Positions 31,318 to 40,747 of a stretch of DNA of 64,000 bases are shown piece by piece. Origin of the DNA: a virus (Duplodnaviria > Caudoviricetes); the IMG/VR virus record IMGVR_UViG_3300028549_001457, positions 64,001-128,000 of that record. One strand, written 5' to 3'. Position numbers and translations under genes: made by a program. Each line of letters begins with the position of its first letter. Position 1 is the first letter of the stretch. The notes under the pieces were generated by a model. That model had not been told where the DNA came from. It was given only the letters and a program-made list of their open reading frames with translations, and searched no databases.

Positions 31318-31356
31318 AACTTAACCAGGGTCCTAAAGGCTCTGGTTAAGTTTTCT
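31318..31356 (+). terminator. Putative rho-independent terminator ending the structural operon
   Basis: 11-bp perfect inverted repeat AACTTAACCAG (31318-31328) / CTGGTTAAGTT (31342-31352), followed by TTCT. Confidence 0.55.
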
Positions 31357-31357
31357 A

Positions 31358-33058
31358 ATGAGGGTTTCATTGAGTGATCTGGTTACTGCGTTAACCAAGA
31401 TTCGAGAGGCAAAAGATCCGCTTCCCCTGCCCCCCGGAATCGAGCAATTCTGGTCAAAGGATCCTGAGGTCCAATTACGACCCTACCAGATACAAATGGT
31501 TTGGAACCTTATCCTGTGCCCCTCTTTCCTAGTTGGGGATTCGTGCGGACTTGGCAAAACACCCACGGGGGCTGCAGCTATGGCTGCAATTAAGTCTGCC
31601 CAATCAGGGGTTCGTTTTATTGTCTACACGACATCTTCTGCACAACGTCAGTGGGTGGAAGAAATCCATAAGTTTACAACTATGAAAGCACGGGCCTTAA
31701 GGGAGACTGGGGGGAAGCCTAGAGACGTTAGAAGGGGAGACTTCTGGAACTTTGTTCAAGGGCTTGATGACACAGATATTCTTGTCATGCGCTATTCTTC
31801 TCTAGTGGCTGATGGTGAGTTCCAGTCTGCATGTATTGGTGCTGTGTCAACCCCTGTATGCGCTATCTATGATGAAGCTACTTCGTTTAAATCTGGCTCT
31901 ACAGTCACCAGTAATTTAGTGCGTGAGATATCCTCTAAATGTAAATGGAGGTATGGTCTTTCAGCAACTCCTATTGAAAATCACCTCACAGAGATTTTCA
32001 ATATCTTCCGGGGCCTCGGGCTAGATGTGCTTGGGGATGAACGTTGGTTTAAATATCAGTATTGTGTTGAAGAGATTAAGGGATACCGAACTCAATGGGC
32101 AGGTAAGCGGATGCGAAAGATCCCAATTACCGTGACCGTAGGATACAAAAATCTCAATGAATTAAACAATCTCCTAGTCCCCTATTTCTGGGCAAGATCT
32201 GTTGCGGATGTAGGGGAGCAGCTTCCGCAGTTAAATACCGATACGATCAATATTGATATGTCTGCCGAACAGCTCCAAAAAACAGAAGATATTTGGAATG
32301 GGCTTTACTCAATTGATCATCTAGATGCAGATGAGGAAGAAATTAAGACAGTTACCAGTAAGATGACCGTGCTTCTCTTGCATCAAATGGTCTCAATTAA
32401 TCCAGCTATTCTTTCCCAGAAACCTGAAGATTATTTACATGCTAAGACATCTCCCAAGGAAGACGCGCTTATTGAACTTTTAAATACCACCTTGGCTGGG
32501 AGTAAAACCATCGTCTACACGAGATTTAGACGAGAACTAGAACGTTTAAAGGTTTTGCTCCCCAAAGAGACTGGTAGAAACGTGCTATATGTGCATGGGG
32601 GTATGGATAAGGATCTACGTTATAACATGATGAAGAGGTTCCAGGAAGACCCCAACGAGAACCTTATCTGTATCAATGGAGCGGCCTTCCAAGCGGTTAA
32701 CCTTCAGCAAGCTGCCAATTTAATTTCTATGGATCTCCCCTGGTCCTGGGGTGGTGTGCTCCAGTTGGTGGGACGTATGGTTCGCCTCAGATCTCCCCAC
32801 GCTATCTGCAATCTGTTTATTTTAAGAACAGAGGGGTCTATTGATGATCATGTTATCGGCCTTTTGAAAAATAAAAAAGGTATCTTTGAGAGGATCCTTA
32901 GTAGGAGTGCCTCGCTAGGTGTTTTTGATGAGACCGACCACGAACCTATTCTAGAAGGGGACAAGGGATTTCTTTCCAAGCTGTATGATACCTTGACGCT
33001 GCAACGTAAGCAGTATAAACCAAAACTTTCAGGCAGTATTGCCTTTACCTTGGATTAA
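31358..33058 (+). CDS. SNF2-family (SF2) helicase/ATPase
   Basis: LRPYQ (Q motif), GDSCGLGKT (I), YDEATSFK (II), LSATPIEN (III), KTIVYTRF (IV), AVNLQQAANLISMDLPWS (V), QLVGRMVRL (VI). Confidence 0.9.
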   Translation: MRVSLSDLVTALTKIREAKDPLPLPPGIEQFWSKDPEVQLRPYQIQMVWNLILCPSFLVGDSCGLGKTPTGAAAMAAIKSAQSGVRFIVYTTSSAQRQWVEEIHKFTTMKARALRETGGKPRDVRRGDFWNFVQGLDDTDILVMRYSSLVADGEFQSACIGAVSTPVCAIYDEATSFKSGSTVTSNLVREISSKCKWRYGLSATPIENHLTEIFNIFRGLGLDVLGDERWFKYQYCVEEIKGYRTQWAGKRMRKIPITVTVGYKNLNELNNLLVPYFWARSVADVGEQLPQLNTDTINIDMSAEQLQKTEDIWNGLYSIDHLDADEEEIKTVTSKMTVLLLHQMVSINPAILSQKPEDYLHAKTSPKEDALIELLNTTLAGSKTIVYTRFRRELERLKVLLPKETGRNVLYVHGGMDKDLRYNMMKRFQEDPNENLICINGAAFQAVNLQQAANLISMDLPWSWGGVLQLVGRMVRLRSPHAICNLFILRTEGSIDDHVIGLLKNKKGIFERILSRSASLGVFDETDHEPILEGDKGFLSKLYDTLTLQRKQYKPKLSGSIAFTLD

Positions 33059-33064
33059 TTCTCA

Positions 33065-33949
33065 ATGGCCCTGCAATTACCATCAAGACTCCAGGAACAA
33101 CCGTATAAGTGCCCCAATCCCAACTGTAAGAATGGGCAGATCTTCGACTGGAACGTGGGACCCATTGATAAGGAGACTGGGCTCCACAGGGGTGGGATGG
33201 TGAGATGCGAGTGTCAGGAAATCATACGGCACCTTAATTTTCTTGACATTTTTCCAAAAACACCTCACGCACCCTATAGAAACGCCAGTTTTGAAAGCCT
33301 AAACCCTCTGGATCAGAACCTGATCATCCTCGGACCCATTGACAACACCTGGGCGTTAATTAGAGGGGAGTTGGGTCAGCATTATGAAAAACTAACTGTT
33401 AAAGTAATCACTTCCAAGGATGTTGCTGGCTTGCATGTCAATGAGCGTGGTGATTACCAGTGGGGCGCACTAGTGGACGTTGATCTGGTTATTGTTATGT
33501 TAACCCATAATCTAAACACCCCTAAGATTAACACTATGTATCTGGCTCTACTAGAAGCTAGACGTAATAACACTAAAGCCCTCTGGTTTGTTGCCCCTGC
33601 TATAACCTCCTCTATGAAACAGTGCTATGATCCCGCGTTCTGGAAAGTACTAGCCCAGTTTCACGAAATTAACTGTTTGCATTACCCCTCGTTATCTGCT
33701 GCAACCCCCTCCGTATCTCAGCCTAGACAGGAAGCACTCCCCGTAAAAGAGTCTCACGAGCAGATGCAATCCGAGTTATCCCCAGACACGCCTCAGCTTT
33801 CGCAGCCTCCTCGCCCCCGTCCTCCTGCGGCTCCCCCAGTGGTAAATGTTTTTATTCCTAAAACAAGTGTTGATCCCGTAGAGGAAAAGCCCCTTCAGGA
33901 CATGAAAAAATCTGGGGGATATAAGAAGACTAAAAAGGGTAGGGTTTAA
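33065..33949 (+). CDS. DnaC/IstB-like helicase loader homolog, degenerate ATPase, with N-terminal Zn finger
   Basis: CPNPNC...RCECQ followed by NASFESL, directly upstream of DnaB. No G-x4-GK[TS] motif. Pro-rich and basic C-terminal tail. Confidence 0.5.
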   Translation: MALQLPSRLQEQPYKCPNPNCKNGQIFDWNVGPIDKETGLHRGGMVRCECQEIIRHLNFLDIFPKTPHAPYRNASFESLNPLDQNLIILGPIDNTWALIRGELGQHYEKLTVKVITSKDVAGLHVNERGDYQWGALVDVDLVIVMLTHNLNTPKINTMYLALLEARRNNTKALWFVAPAITSSMKQCYDPAFWKVLAQFHEINCLHYPSLSAATPSVSQPRQEALPVKESHEQMQSELSPDTPQLSQPPRPRPPAAPPVVNVFIPKTSVDPVEEKPLQDMKKSGGYKKTKKGRV

Positions 33950-35484
33950 TGATTACCGCTAACTTTTGGCCCTTTTTCAATCATCTTTTAACGGATGACA
34001 TTGAAGGGTATGACGCTACGGCAGCGTTGAGTTTTATATCCCCACTTCTCCCGGCTCTCAGTAGGAAAACGCCTTCAAAGTTTGAGGAAAAACTTTTAAA
34101 TTACCTCTTTGACTATATTGAAGCACACCGAGTGGCTCCCTCTCGGATGATGTTTTTCAGCACCCTGACATCCACATCAGCAGCTCACCCCGCCGAAATC
34201 CAGGATCTACAGGAGTATTCAACCAAACTTCAGGCTGGCACTATCTTACGGTTTGGTCTGAATGATGTATCTAGTCTCCTTGATCAATATGAGACCGGGC
34301 GAGACTTCCATATTTTTGAAAATACTGTTCAGACTGCGTTTGAAATATATACCGCACCCACGAAAGTATCTGGTAAAGAGTTGCATGGCCTAACGGCAGC
34401 AATTGATTTCACCCAGCGCCAGATTGCTGGGCTTGGGTCTAGTGCCAATACCGTTGATAGGCATAACCTAGACGAGGACGGTGAAGGTCTATATGGTCAG
34501 TATCTAGCTGAGAAAGCTGATGACTTGATTGCTCAGCGTATTCTGACTGGGATGGATGAGGTTGACTCCGTTATTGGGGGGTTCCGACCAGGGGAGCTAA
34601 TCACGTTGCTGGGATATGTAGGTGACGGTAAAACTACATTGGCAATCAATTGGGCCTACCGAGCATTCCTAGCAGGACTACATGTTGTTTTCATCACACT
34701 TGAAATGCCTGCGGATACCATCAAGAAACTCTTTCATATTCGGCATTCCACACACCCTAAGTTTAAAAGGCACGAGCTTCTTTCAACCACTAAGTATACT
34801 GGTTATACCATGACTCCCGATGAAGAGGAGTTCATGTTTAGAACGGTCATCCCCGACTTTAATAGAGTCAACGAAGATTCCTCAAAGGGGTCCATTCGTA
34901 TTCTGGAGCCTATTGAGTCAGGTTTTACGTATGAGACTCTGAAAGCTGAATTGCTGCGGCTTAACGCCGAACAGCCCATTAACTCTTTTTACCTAGATTA
35001 CCCAAATCTCATGGAAGTTGCCCCAGAGCGTGGGATGGATTATGATAAAGCCATGTCCAGGCTCTATGTAAAACTTAAGACATTGTGCCGAACTTTTAAC
35101 GATGGCCAACGGCTTGTAGGGTTTATTCCTACCCAGGTTAATCGTGCTGGTAGAGAAGCCGCCGAGAAAAACAACGGCTTGTATACGCTACGTGCCATTT
35201 CTGAATACTCTGAAATTGAAAAATCATCTGACCACGTGTTCTTTATTTATCGTGATGACACACTTAATCAGGCTGGGGAGTGTCTAATTGGGCATCTTAA
35301 GTCTCGCCTTAGACGTAGAATTGACCCTTTTAGAGCGGCTTTTCAAGGTGATACTGGTCTGGTGGACTCCATCTTTAAACGTGTCAGTGAACCAAGTGCG
35401 GGGATGCTAACTTCCCTCCCAGGGGAGCCTGGGTCTCTAGCGGTGTTAAATAGTATCCCCATGACGGGAGTTCTCAATCTATGA
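33949..35484 (+). CDS. dnaB: Replicative DnaB-like helicase
   Basis: GFRPGELITLLGYVGDGKTT (Walker A), FITLEM, YLDYPNLM, PTQVNR, SEIEKSSDHVFF. Confidence 0.9.
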   Translation: MITANFWPFFNHLLTDDIEGYDATAALSFISPLLPALSRKTPSKFEEKLLNYLFDYIEAHRVAPSRMMFFSTLTSTSAAHPAEIQDLQEYSTKLQAGTILRFGLNDVSSLLDQYETGRDFHIFENTVQTAFEIYTAPTKVSGKELHGLTAAIDFTQRQIAGLGSSANTVDRHNLDEDGEGLYGQYLAEKADDLIAQRILTGMDEVDSVIGGFRPGELITLLGYVGDGKTTLAINWAYRAFLAGLHVVFITLEMPADTIKKLFHIRHSTHPKFKRHELLSTTKYTGYTMTPDEEEFMFRTVIPDFNRVNEDSSKGSIRILEPIESGFTYETLKAELLRLNAEQPINSFYLDYPNLMEVAPERGMDYDKAMSRLYVKLKTLCRTFNDGQRLVGFIPTQVNRAGREAAEKNNGLYTLRAISEYSEIEKSSDHVFFIYRDDTLNQAGECLIGHLKSRLRRRIDPFRAAFQGDTGLVDSIFKRVSEPSAGMLTSLPGEPGSLAVLNSIPMTGVLNL

Positions 35485-36161
35485 ATACCTCACCTACCCG
35501 CCTAAAGAAGGCCCCTCAACTTTTGCAAGAAACAGTTCCAGACGGGGACTCCATTGGCCTTGAGGATATTCTCCCTTACTTGGCAGAATCGGCAGATGGT
35601 CTCAAGGGGTCTGTGTCTCCTGGGGAGGCTGAGCGATTCTACAAGTATGAAAGAGAACCTGATGAATCTACGGAGGCGTTCAATCTTAGGGTCATACTAG
35701 ATTCTCTGTCAGAATTTTATGAAGTTCCTAGGGAACTGATAATGTCTCCTTTCACGCTAGGGTCTTCATCTGTTCAGGGGCTTCTATTGAGGCTTGAGTC
35801 CCAATCAGTTAACTATGCGCCTTGCTTGGTTACGCTTGATTTCCCCCCACAGCTACAATCTGTGTTATCAGAGGGGCCTTCTTCAGCGGGGTGTCGTTTT
35901 GCAGTTATAGGTCTGCCAGAGATTTCCGCTGGAAAAATTTTAGTGCCTGATCTGCCCAAGCACCTCGGGAAATTCTTCCACACACTTCCTAAAAGTTGTG
36001 AGTTTCAAGATTGGAATGCGTCCCCAGCTTCCTCAGACCTATGCCTTATCTTTGATAGCTACCTCGTGGCACCAGCAAGCCTTTTCCCCCATTTTGCCGT
36101 TGATTGTCTAGATAGGCTCCTGGGGTGGCTGCGAGAGCAACACGCTTACCAAGTGGTCTAG
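35481..36161 (+). CDS. Hypothetical protein, possibly degenerate uracil-DNA-glycosylase-like fold
   Basis: Overlaps the dnaB stop (ATGA). GPSSAGCRFAVIGLPE loosely resembles UDG family 4 motif A. Weak. Confidence 0.4.
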   Translation: MNTSPTRLKKAPQLLQETVPDGDSIGLEDILPYLAESADGLKGSVSPGEAERFYKYEREPDESTEAFNLRVILDSLSEFYEVPRELIMSPFTLGSSSVQGLLLRLESQSVNYAPCLVTLDFPPQLQSVLSEGPSSAGCRFAVIGLPEISAGKILVPDLPKHLGKFFHTLPKSCEFQDWNASPASSDLCLIFDSYLVAPASLFPHFAVDCLDRLLGWLREQHAYQVV

Positions 36162-36242
36162 ATGTATTTTTTTTCAAAATCTTCCGTATCTAGGGGGTCG
36201 CTATAATTCTTACTTGTATTAGTTCGTAACCTCGGAGGATAG

Positions 36243-36911
36243 GTGTCCCTAAGTTTCAGTGATTTCATTGAAATTGGCAATGAGGCGGTAGACTTCCGTA
36301 AGCTTTACGACCATTTTGGCTTCTCTTACACGCGAAGTGGTGGGTCCACTCAGTGTAAATGTCCCTTCCACGGAAGGGATCGCCACCCCTCCGCAAGAAT
36401 CTATGAGGACACTAACTCCTGGTTTTGCTTTACGTGTGGATTTTCTAGGACCCCCGTTTATTTTTTCAAGGACATTGTTGAAAAACCTCTAACTGATGCC
36501 GTTTTTGAGTTCTTTACCATATTTAGGTTGGATATTATTTGCCATCGTCCGGACCTACTCAATGAGGACTTCTCGCTAACTGCAATCAAAAAAGCACACT
36601 TTTCACACATTGTTGAGTCTGCCGAGTCGCCACTTGAGGTAACAAGCATAACACTCCCCAAACCCGGTAATACTAGGGTTGAGCATGTATTTTCAAAGGC
36701 AGTTCTAGGTAAGGTGGACACCTCAGTTTTTTATAAAGAAACCAAGGGCATCTGGGATTTGCATTATTCTGCTCCATCTTTCTATTCTATTTACATGGAA
36801 TTTACTAGTCACTTGAATCGTATTGTGTCACCTGCAGCGACTGAAACTGACTGTGTTAATTTCAATAATTTTCTGGCGACCTTAGATTCTCGCTTGAGAA
36901 ACTTCATTTAG
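36243..36911 (+). CDS. Stand-alone CHC2 zinc-finger (primase zinc-binding domain) protein
   Basis: CKCPFHGRDRHPSARIYEDTNSWFCFTCG. GGAGG RBS. No TOPRIM motifs in the remaining ~150 aa. Confidence 0.8.
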   Translation: MSLSFSDFIEIGNEAVDFRKLYDHFGFSYTRSGGSTQCKCPFHGRDRHPSARIYEDTNSWFCFTCGFSRTPVYFFKDIVEKPLTDAVFEFFTIFRLDIICHRPDLLNEDFSLTAIKKAHFSHIVESAESPLEVTSITLPKPGNTRVEHVFSKAVLGKVDTSVFYKETKGIWDLHYSAPSFYSIYMEFTSHLNRIVSPAATETDCVNFNNFLATLDSRLRNFI

Positions 36912-36932
36912 GTTGATACCCCATAGGTTGGG

Positions 36933-39900
36933 TTGGAACGTTTCCTTAGGGTCCTTATGCAAGATGATGGTCAGGATGTGGTTGGCGTTTCTATAACCTC
37001 GGAAGAGGCTGCGGAAGCTCTATTTGGGGAACTCCCAACGCAGCAGGGTGCTATTGAAGACGTTATTATGATGGATTGGGATGGGAGTCTCCCAGAACCC
37101 CCCATTGAGTGGATGCGGAACCATGCGTGGAGGCTGATTACCTCTATTGATGAACTCAAGGGGTGGTGGGAAGCCGTGAAAGCTGATACCGCCAATCATG
37201 TCCCTACCGTTGTTGATCTAATCAATAAAACTGGCAAAGTATACCCCAAGGTTGGATTCGATCTTGAGACAACAGGGTTGGATAACCGCGTAGTCTTAGG
37301 CCAGTGCAAAACACACATTGTGGGCGTCTGCCTAGCTTCATATGCTCCCAACAGTATGGCGTATGCCGTGGTGCAGACCCCCTGCATGTCTAACCCACAG
37401 CCTGTGGCCTTGAAGCAGTGCATGGGGATTTATATTCCAATTGCTCATAAAGGTTGGGCGTATAATCTAGATCTACTTGAAGTTGTAGCTATTCTAGATG
37501 ATATCTTTAAGAATGCTATTATTGCTGCTCAGAATGGTAAGTTCGATTTTCTTTCCTTGATTGCAAATGGGGATTTGGTTTCAAGGGATGTTCCTCATTT
37601 TAATTATGTTGAGAGGGTTTTTGAGAGAACTACTATTGACCTCCCCGTGTGGCCTCGCCTTGAAGATCCTCAGAGCCTCATTTATCTCATAGACTCAGAT
37701 CGTATGAAGAATGGTGGTGTGGGCCTTAAGGAGATGTCGAAGAGTATTCTTAAACAAGAGATGATTGAGTTTGAGGCTATTACGAGCACTGGTGTAAAAC
37801 AGAAGAAATCTAAAAAATTCATTCTGAACACCTTTGATGCCGTGGCACCGTTTTTGGCTGTCCATTATGCCGCAGCCGATGCCATTGAAACGCTGTTACT
37901 AACGGATGTGTTGGGGTATATCCGCACACAGGGGAACGGTCTCCCGTTTATCCACCAGTTGGATACCAACACTATTAACGTTCAAACGTGGATTGAGCAG
38001 CAGCGAGTGCTAGTAGATCGTGAATACCTTCTAAATGAAGAGCAGTTCCTGGGTCTAAAATGTCAACATACCCTGGGCCTCATTCATTCTATTCTTGGGG
38101 CTCCCGTAAATCCAGACTCCACAAAGATTCTTGGGGAGCTTCTATTTGAGAAAATGAAGTTGCCCAATAAGGGGAAGACCCCCCCTTCGAAAATGTTTAA
38201 ACAGGGTAACTGGAAGACGGATAAGGAATCTCTAGAGGAACTGGCAAAAGAGCACCCCGAACATGCTATTTTTGATCTAATTGTCAAGTATCGTGAGCTT
38301 AGGAACTCGTATCCTAGAAAACTTTTCAATGGAACCGATCCGCTTGACAGCTCTGCCAAATTTTCTTTTTCGGCTACCAGAACTCCCTCGGGTCGCTTTG
38401 CCTGTTCCGGGGGGGATTTTGAAAAAGATGGTGGGGCTGGGCTCAACGTGCAGGCTATTCAAGCTTTGTATGCCACTAGGTATATTTCGGTTAAGCGCCT
38501 TAACCTAGAGGCCCTACAAGGCGTTCTCGGCCTATCTACCAGCTATGCGTTTGACCCGATTGTGTTTGATTGGCTTAAGGCCAATACGTATCAATATAGT
38601 CCCGTTGCATACCCATCTGAGGATACCTTTTTAGAACAGCTTAAGGCTAGTGCCCCTGACACGGACCCTGCTTCTCTCAAAAGTGCTGCAAAACAGGCCG
38701 TCAAGGAAGAGCTTAAGGCTAATAAGGAACAGGGTCTTGCTACTCTAGTTGAGGGGATCTCCGAAAGTGTTCTTCTCAACAATCCCACTGTAATTAATGG
38801 GCACCTAAAGCTTACACCTGATGGTTGGGTATGTATGCTTGTGGATTGCCCACAGTGTCTTCACTTACCTGAGGGGTCCCCTGAATATTATTTTAGAGAA
38901 CGCTATGAGTATGATACTTCTGAGGTTATGAACCTTCGTCGTGCATTTAAGGCTGCACCGGGGTGGACATTCTTTTCTGTTGACTATTCTGCTATTGAGC
39001 TTAGGATGGTCGCAAATCTTGCTAACGAGACTCTTTGGGTGGACAGCTTTATTGGCGGAACGGATCTTCATGCGTCTATGGCTGAGGCTTGCTTTGGTGA
39101 TAAATTCAGAAATGGGGATAGTGCCACCAAATCTTACTTGCGTAGTATGGCTAAAACCATTACTTTTGGTAATTTATACGGTGGGACCTCTCGGACTATT
39201 CAGCAGAATCTCTCTGAGCCCATTGATATCCATGAAGCCAAACGCCTGTATGCGTCATGGATTGGGGCCATCCCTGGGTACCAGGCATGGGTATCCTATC
39301 AGCAAGCTTACGTGAATACTTATGGAGTTGTTTTTACGGCTTTAGGCAGACAACGGGTTATGTTAAGGGATCTCAGGTCTGGGGATAAGGGTAAAATCTC
39401 TTATGCCGAGAGGACCTCCCTAAATCACCCTGCACAGGGGACCTCTGCTGATATCCTGCGTCTATCCCTTCAAAGAATTATGCAATGGGTGCTTGACAAT
39501 GGGCTATCAGATTATGTTAAGCTACACTTCCACGTTCATGATGAGTTGGATTTTTCCGTAAAGGATGAGTGGGTCCCTTTTATTGTGCCTAACATCTTGC
39601 GTATTATGAAGTGTGATGATATGGTTCGGGGGTATCTTAAATGGCCTGTGGGGTTGGAGTGTGATGTTGAATATGGTCAATCCTGGGATGTTCGATATAA
39701 ATTTGATAAAAAAGCATGGGGGGGAATCTCTGCTCTCAAGGAGTTCAACCAAGACATCTTTAAAGCTCTTTTTAAACATATTTCCGAGGGGAATGACTAC
39801 TCGGTTGAAGATTACCGAAATGTTTACTTACCCGTAATCTACAAAACATGGGAAGCTGGTGGATACAAGGACCCCTACCAGGACTTCTCAAAGGCTACAC

Positions 39901-40004
39901 AACGTAAGGTAGAGGCTTTTGCTAAGTGGCGACTTGAGAACCCCACCGCATGGCCCACACCTGAGCATCTAGAACCCCTCTCTCACAGGACTGTTGATGC
40001 GTAG
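36933..40004 (+). CDS. polA: DNA polymerase family A with 3'-5' exonuclease
   Basis: ExoI GFDLETTG, ExoII QNGKFD, ExoIII YAAADA, TPSGRFACS, motif A VDYSAIELR, motif B RSMAKTITFGNLYG (Phe at the E. coli 762-equivalent), motif C HVHDELDF. Confidence 0.93.
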   Translation: MERFLRVLMQDDGQDVVGVSITSEEAAEALFGELPTQQGAIEDVIMMDWDGSLPEPPIEWMRNHAWRLITSIDELKGWWEAVKADTANHVPTVVDLINKTGKVYPKVGFDLETTGLDNRVVLGQCKTHIVGVCLASYAPNSMAYAVVQTPCMSNPQPVALKQCMGIYIPIAHKGWAYNLDLLEVVAILDDIFKNAIIAAQNGKFDFLSLIANGDLVSRDVPHFNYVERVFERTTIDLPVWPRLEDPQSLIYLIDSDRMKNGGVGLKEMSKSILKQEMIEFEAITSTGVKQKKSKKFILNTFDAVAPFLAVHYAAADAIETLLLTDVLGYIRTQGNGLPFIHQLDTNTINVQTWIEQQRVLVDREYLLNEEQFLGLKCQHTLGLIHSILGAPVNPDSTKILGELLFEKMKLPNKGKTPPSKMFKQGNWKTDKESLEELAKEHPEHAIFDLIVKYRELRNSYPRKLFNGTDPLDSSAKFSFSATRTPSGRFACSGGDFEKDGGAGLNVQAIQALYATRYISVKRLNLEALQGVLGLSTSYAFDPIVFDWLKANTYQYSPVAYPSEDTFLEQLKASAPDTDPASLKSAAKQAVKEELKANKEQGLATLVEGISESVLLNNPTVINGHLKLTPDGWVCMLVDCPQCLHLPEGSPEYYFRERYEYDTSEVMNLRRAFKAAPGWTFFSVDYSAIELRMVANLANETLWVDSFIGGTDLHASMAEACFGDKFRNGDSATKSYLRSMAKTITFGNLYGGTSRTIQQNLSEPIDIHEAKRLYASWIGAIPGYQAWVSYQQAYVNTYGVVFTALGRQRVMLRDLRSGDKGKISYAERTSLNHPAQGTSADILRLSLQRIMQWVLDNGLSDYVKLHFHVHDELDFSVKDEWVPFIVPNILRIMKCDDMVRGYLKWPVGLECDVEYGQSWDVRYKFDKKAWGGISALKEFNQDIFKALFKHISEGNDYSVEDYRNVYLPVIYKTWEAGGYKDPYQDFSKATQRKVEAFAKWRLENPTAWPTPEHLEPLSHRTVDA

Positions 40005-40677
40005 AACTCTAGTAAGTCGTAGATTCCTTTCTCAAGATAAGGCGTGGGTCCCCCCGCAGTCGCTCTCTGAGCTTCACGCCTACGCACCTAATCTGGTGTC
40101 TTCAATTGCGCGGAATGTGCTCCTGGAGCTTCAGCAGGGCAAGCTCCACTACAGTGGTCAGCTAGAAGAGCTTATCTCAGACCTATACCAGGATCTCCTT
40201 GATGGAGAGCGCCTTCGTGCTTTTGACGCCTCAAGATATCCCAAGACTCCAGAGAACGGGTGGAAGGCCTTCATGGTCACGGTTCTTGGGAATTTAACTA
40301 AAAATTGGGTTGCGGCTAAGCACCAAAAACTGCACTTTTGCCCTAGAATCTCTGAAGATCCGCTTCAGCCCAACACCGTTTCCGAGAGGGATCTTCCTCC
40401 TGATTTAGCCGAGAATCCCTATCATATTCTTGAGCGCAGAGAGATATCTCACCGTGCTGAGTCTAAAATGCAGCGGTTTATGGTCTTCATTGAAGACCGC
40501 TGTGGGTGCTCCATTACTTCGAAGGCCATTGAGTTGATGTCCTATGATGGGATGTCCCTTTCTGATGTTCAAAAAGCCTTGGGCCTCTCTGACCAGGAGC
40601 GAGGTATCCTTAAGACTAAAACCCAGGAGTTGTGGTATGTTTTCACTTCTGAAGAGCTAGTTTCCAATAGGGGGTAG
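39994..40677 (+). CDS. Sigma70/ECF-like RNA polymerase sigma factor
   Basis: Region-2-like LVSSIARNV...EELISDLYQDLL...FDASR...WKAFMVTVLGNLTKNW. Region-4 HTH AIELMSYDGMSLSDVQKALGLS. Confidence 0.65.
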   Translation: MMRRTLVSRRFLSQDKAWVPPQSLSELHAYAPNLVSSIARNVLLELQQGKLHYSGQLEELISDLYQDLLDGERLRAFDASRYPKTPENGWKAFMVTVLGNLTKNWVAAKHQKLHFCPRISEDPLQPNTVSERDLPPDLAENPYHILERREISHRAESKMQRFMVFIEDRCGCSITSKAIELMSYDGMSLSDVQKALGLSDQERGILKTKTQELWYVFTSEELVSNRG

Positions 40678-40703
40678 CTGGCTACTCCACAGGCATGATT
40701 TCC

Positions 40704-40732
40704 AAAAGGCACCTTTGGTGCCTTTTTCTTTT
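40704..40732 (+). terminator. Putative rho-independent terminator
   Basis: AAAAGGCACC-TTT-GGTGCCTTTT, then TCTTTT. Confidence 0.7.
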
Positions 40733-40747
40733 AGGAGAGGTTGATAC

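Noticed and set aside
36202-36207. Perfect TATAAT as a sigma70 promoter
   Set aside because: No convincing -35 at 16-18 bp spacing and no TGn extension, so it was not called as a feature.
38463-38930. Intein or intron in PolA
   Set aside because: No N-terminal Cys/Ser with a C-terminal His-Asn junction, no homing endonuclease motif, and the frame is uninterrupted.
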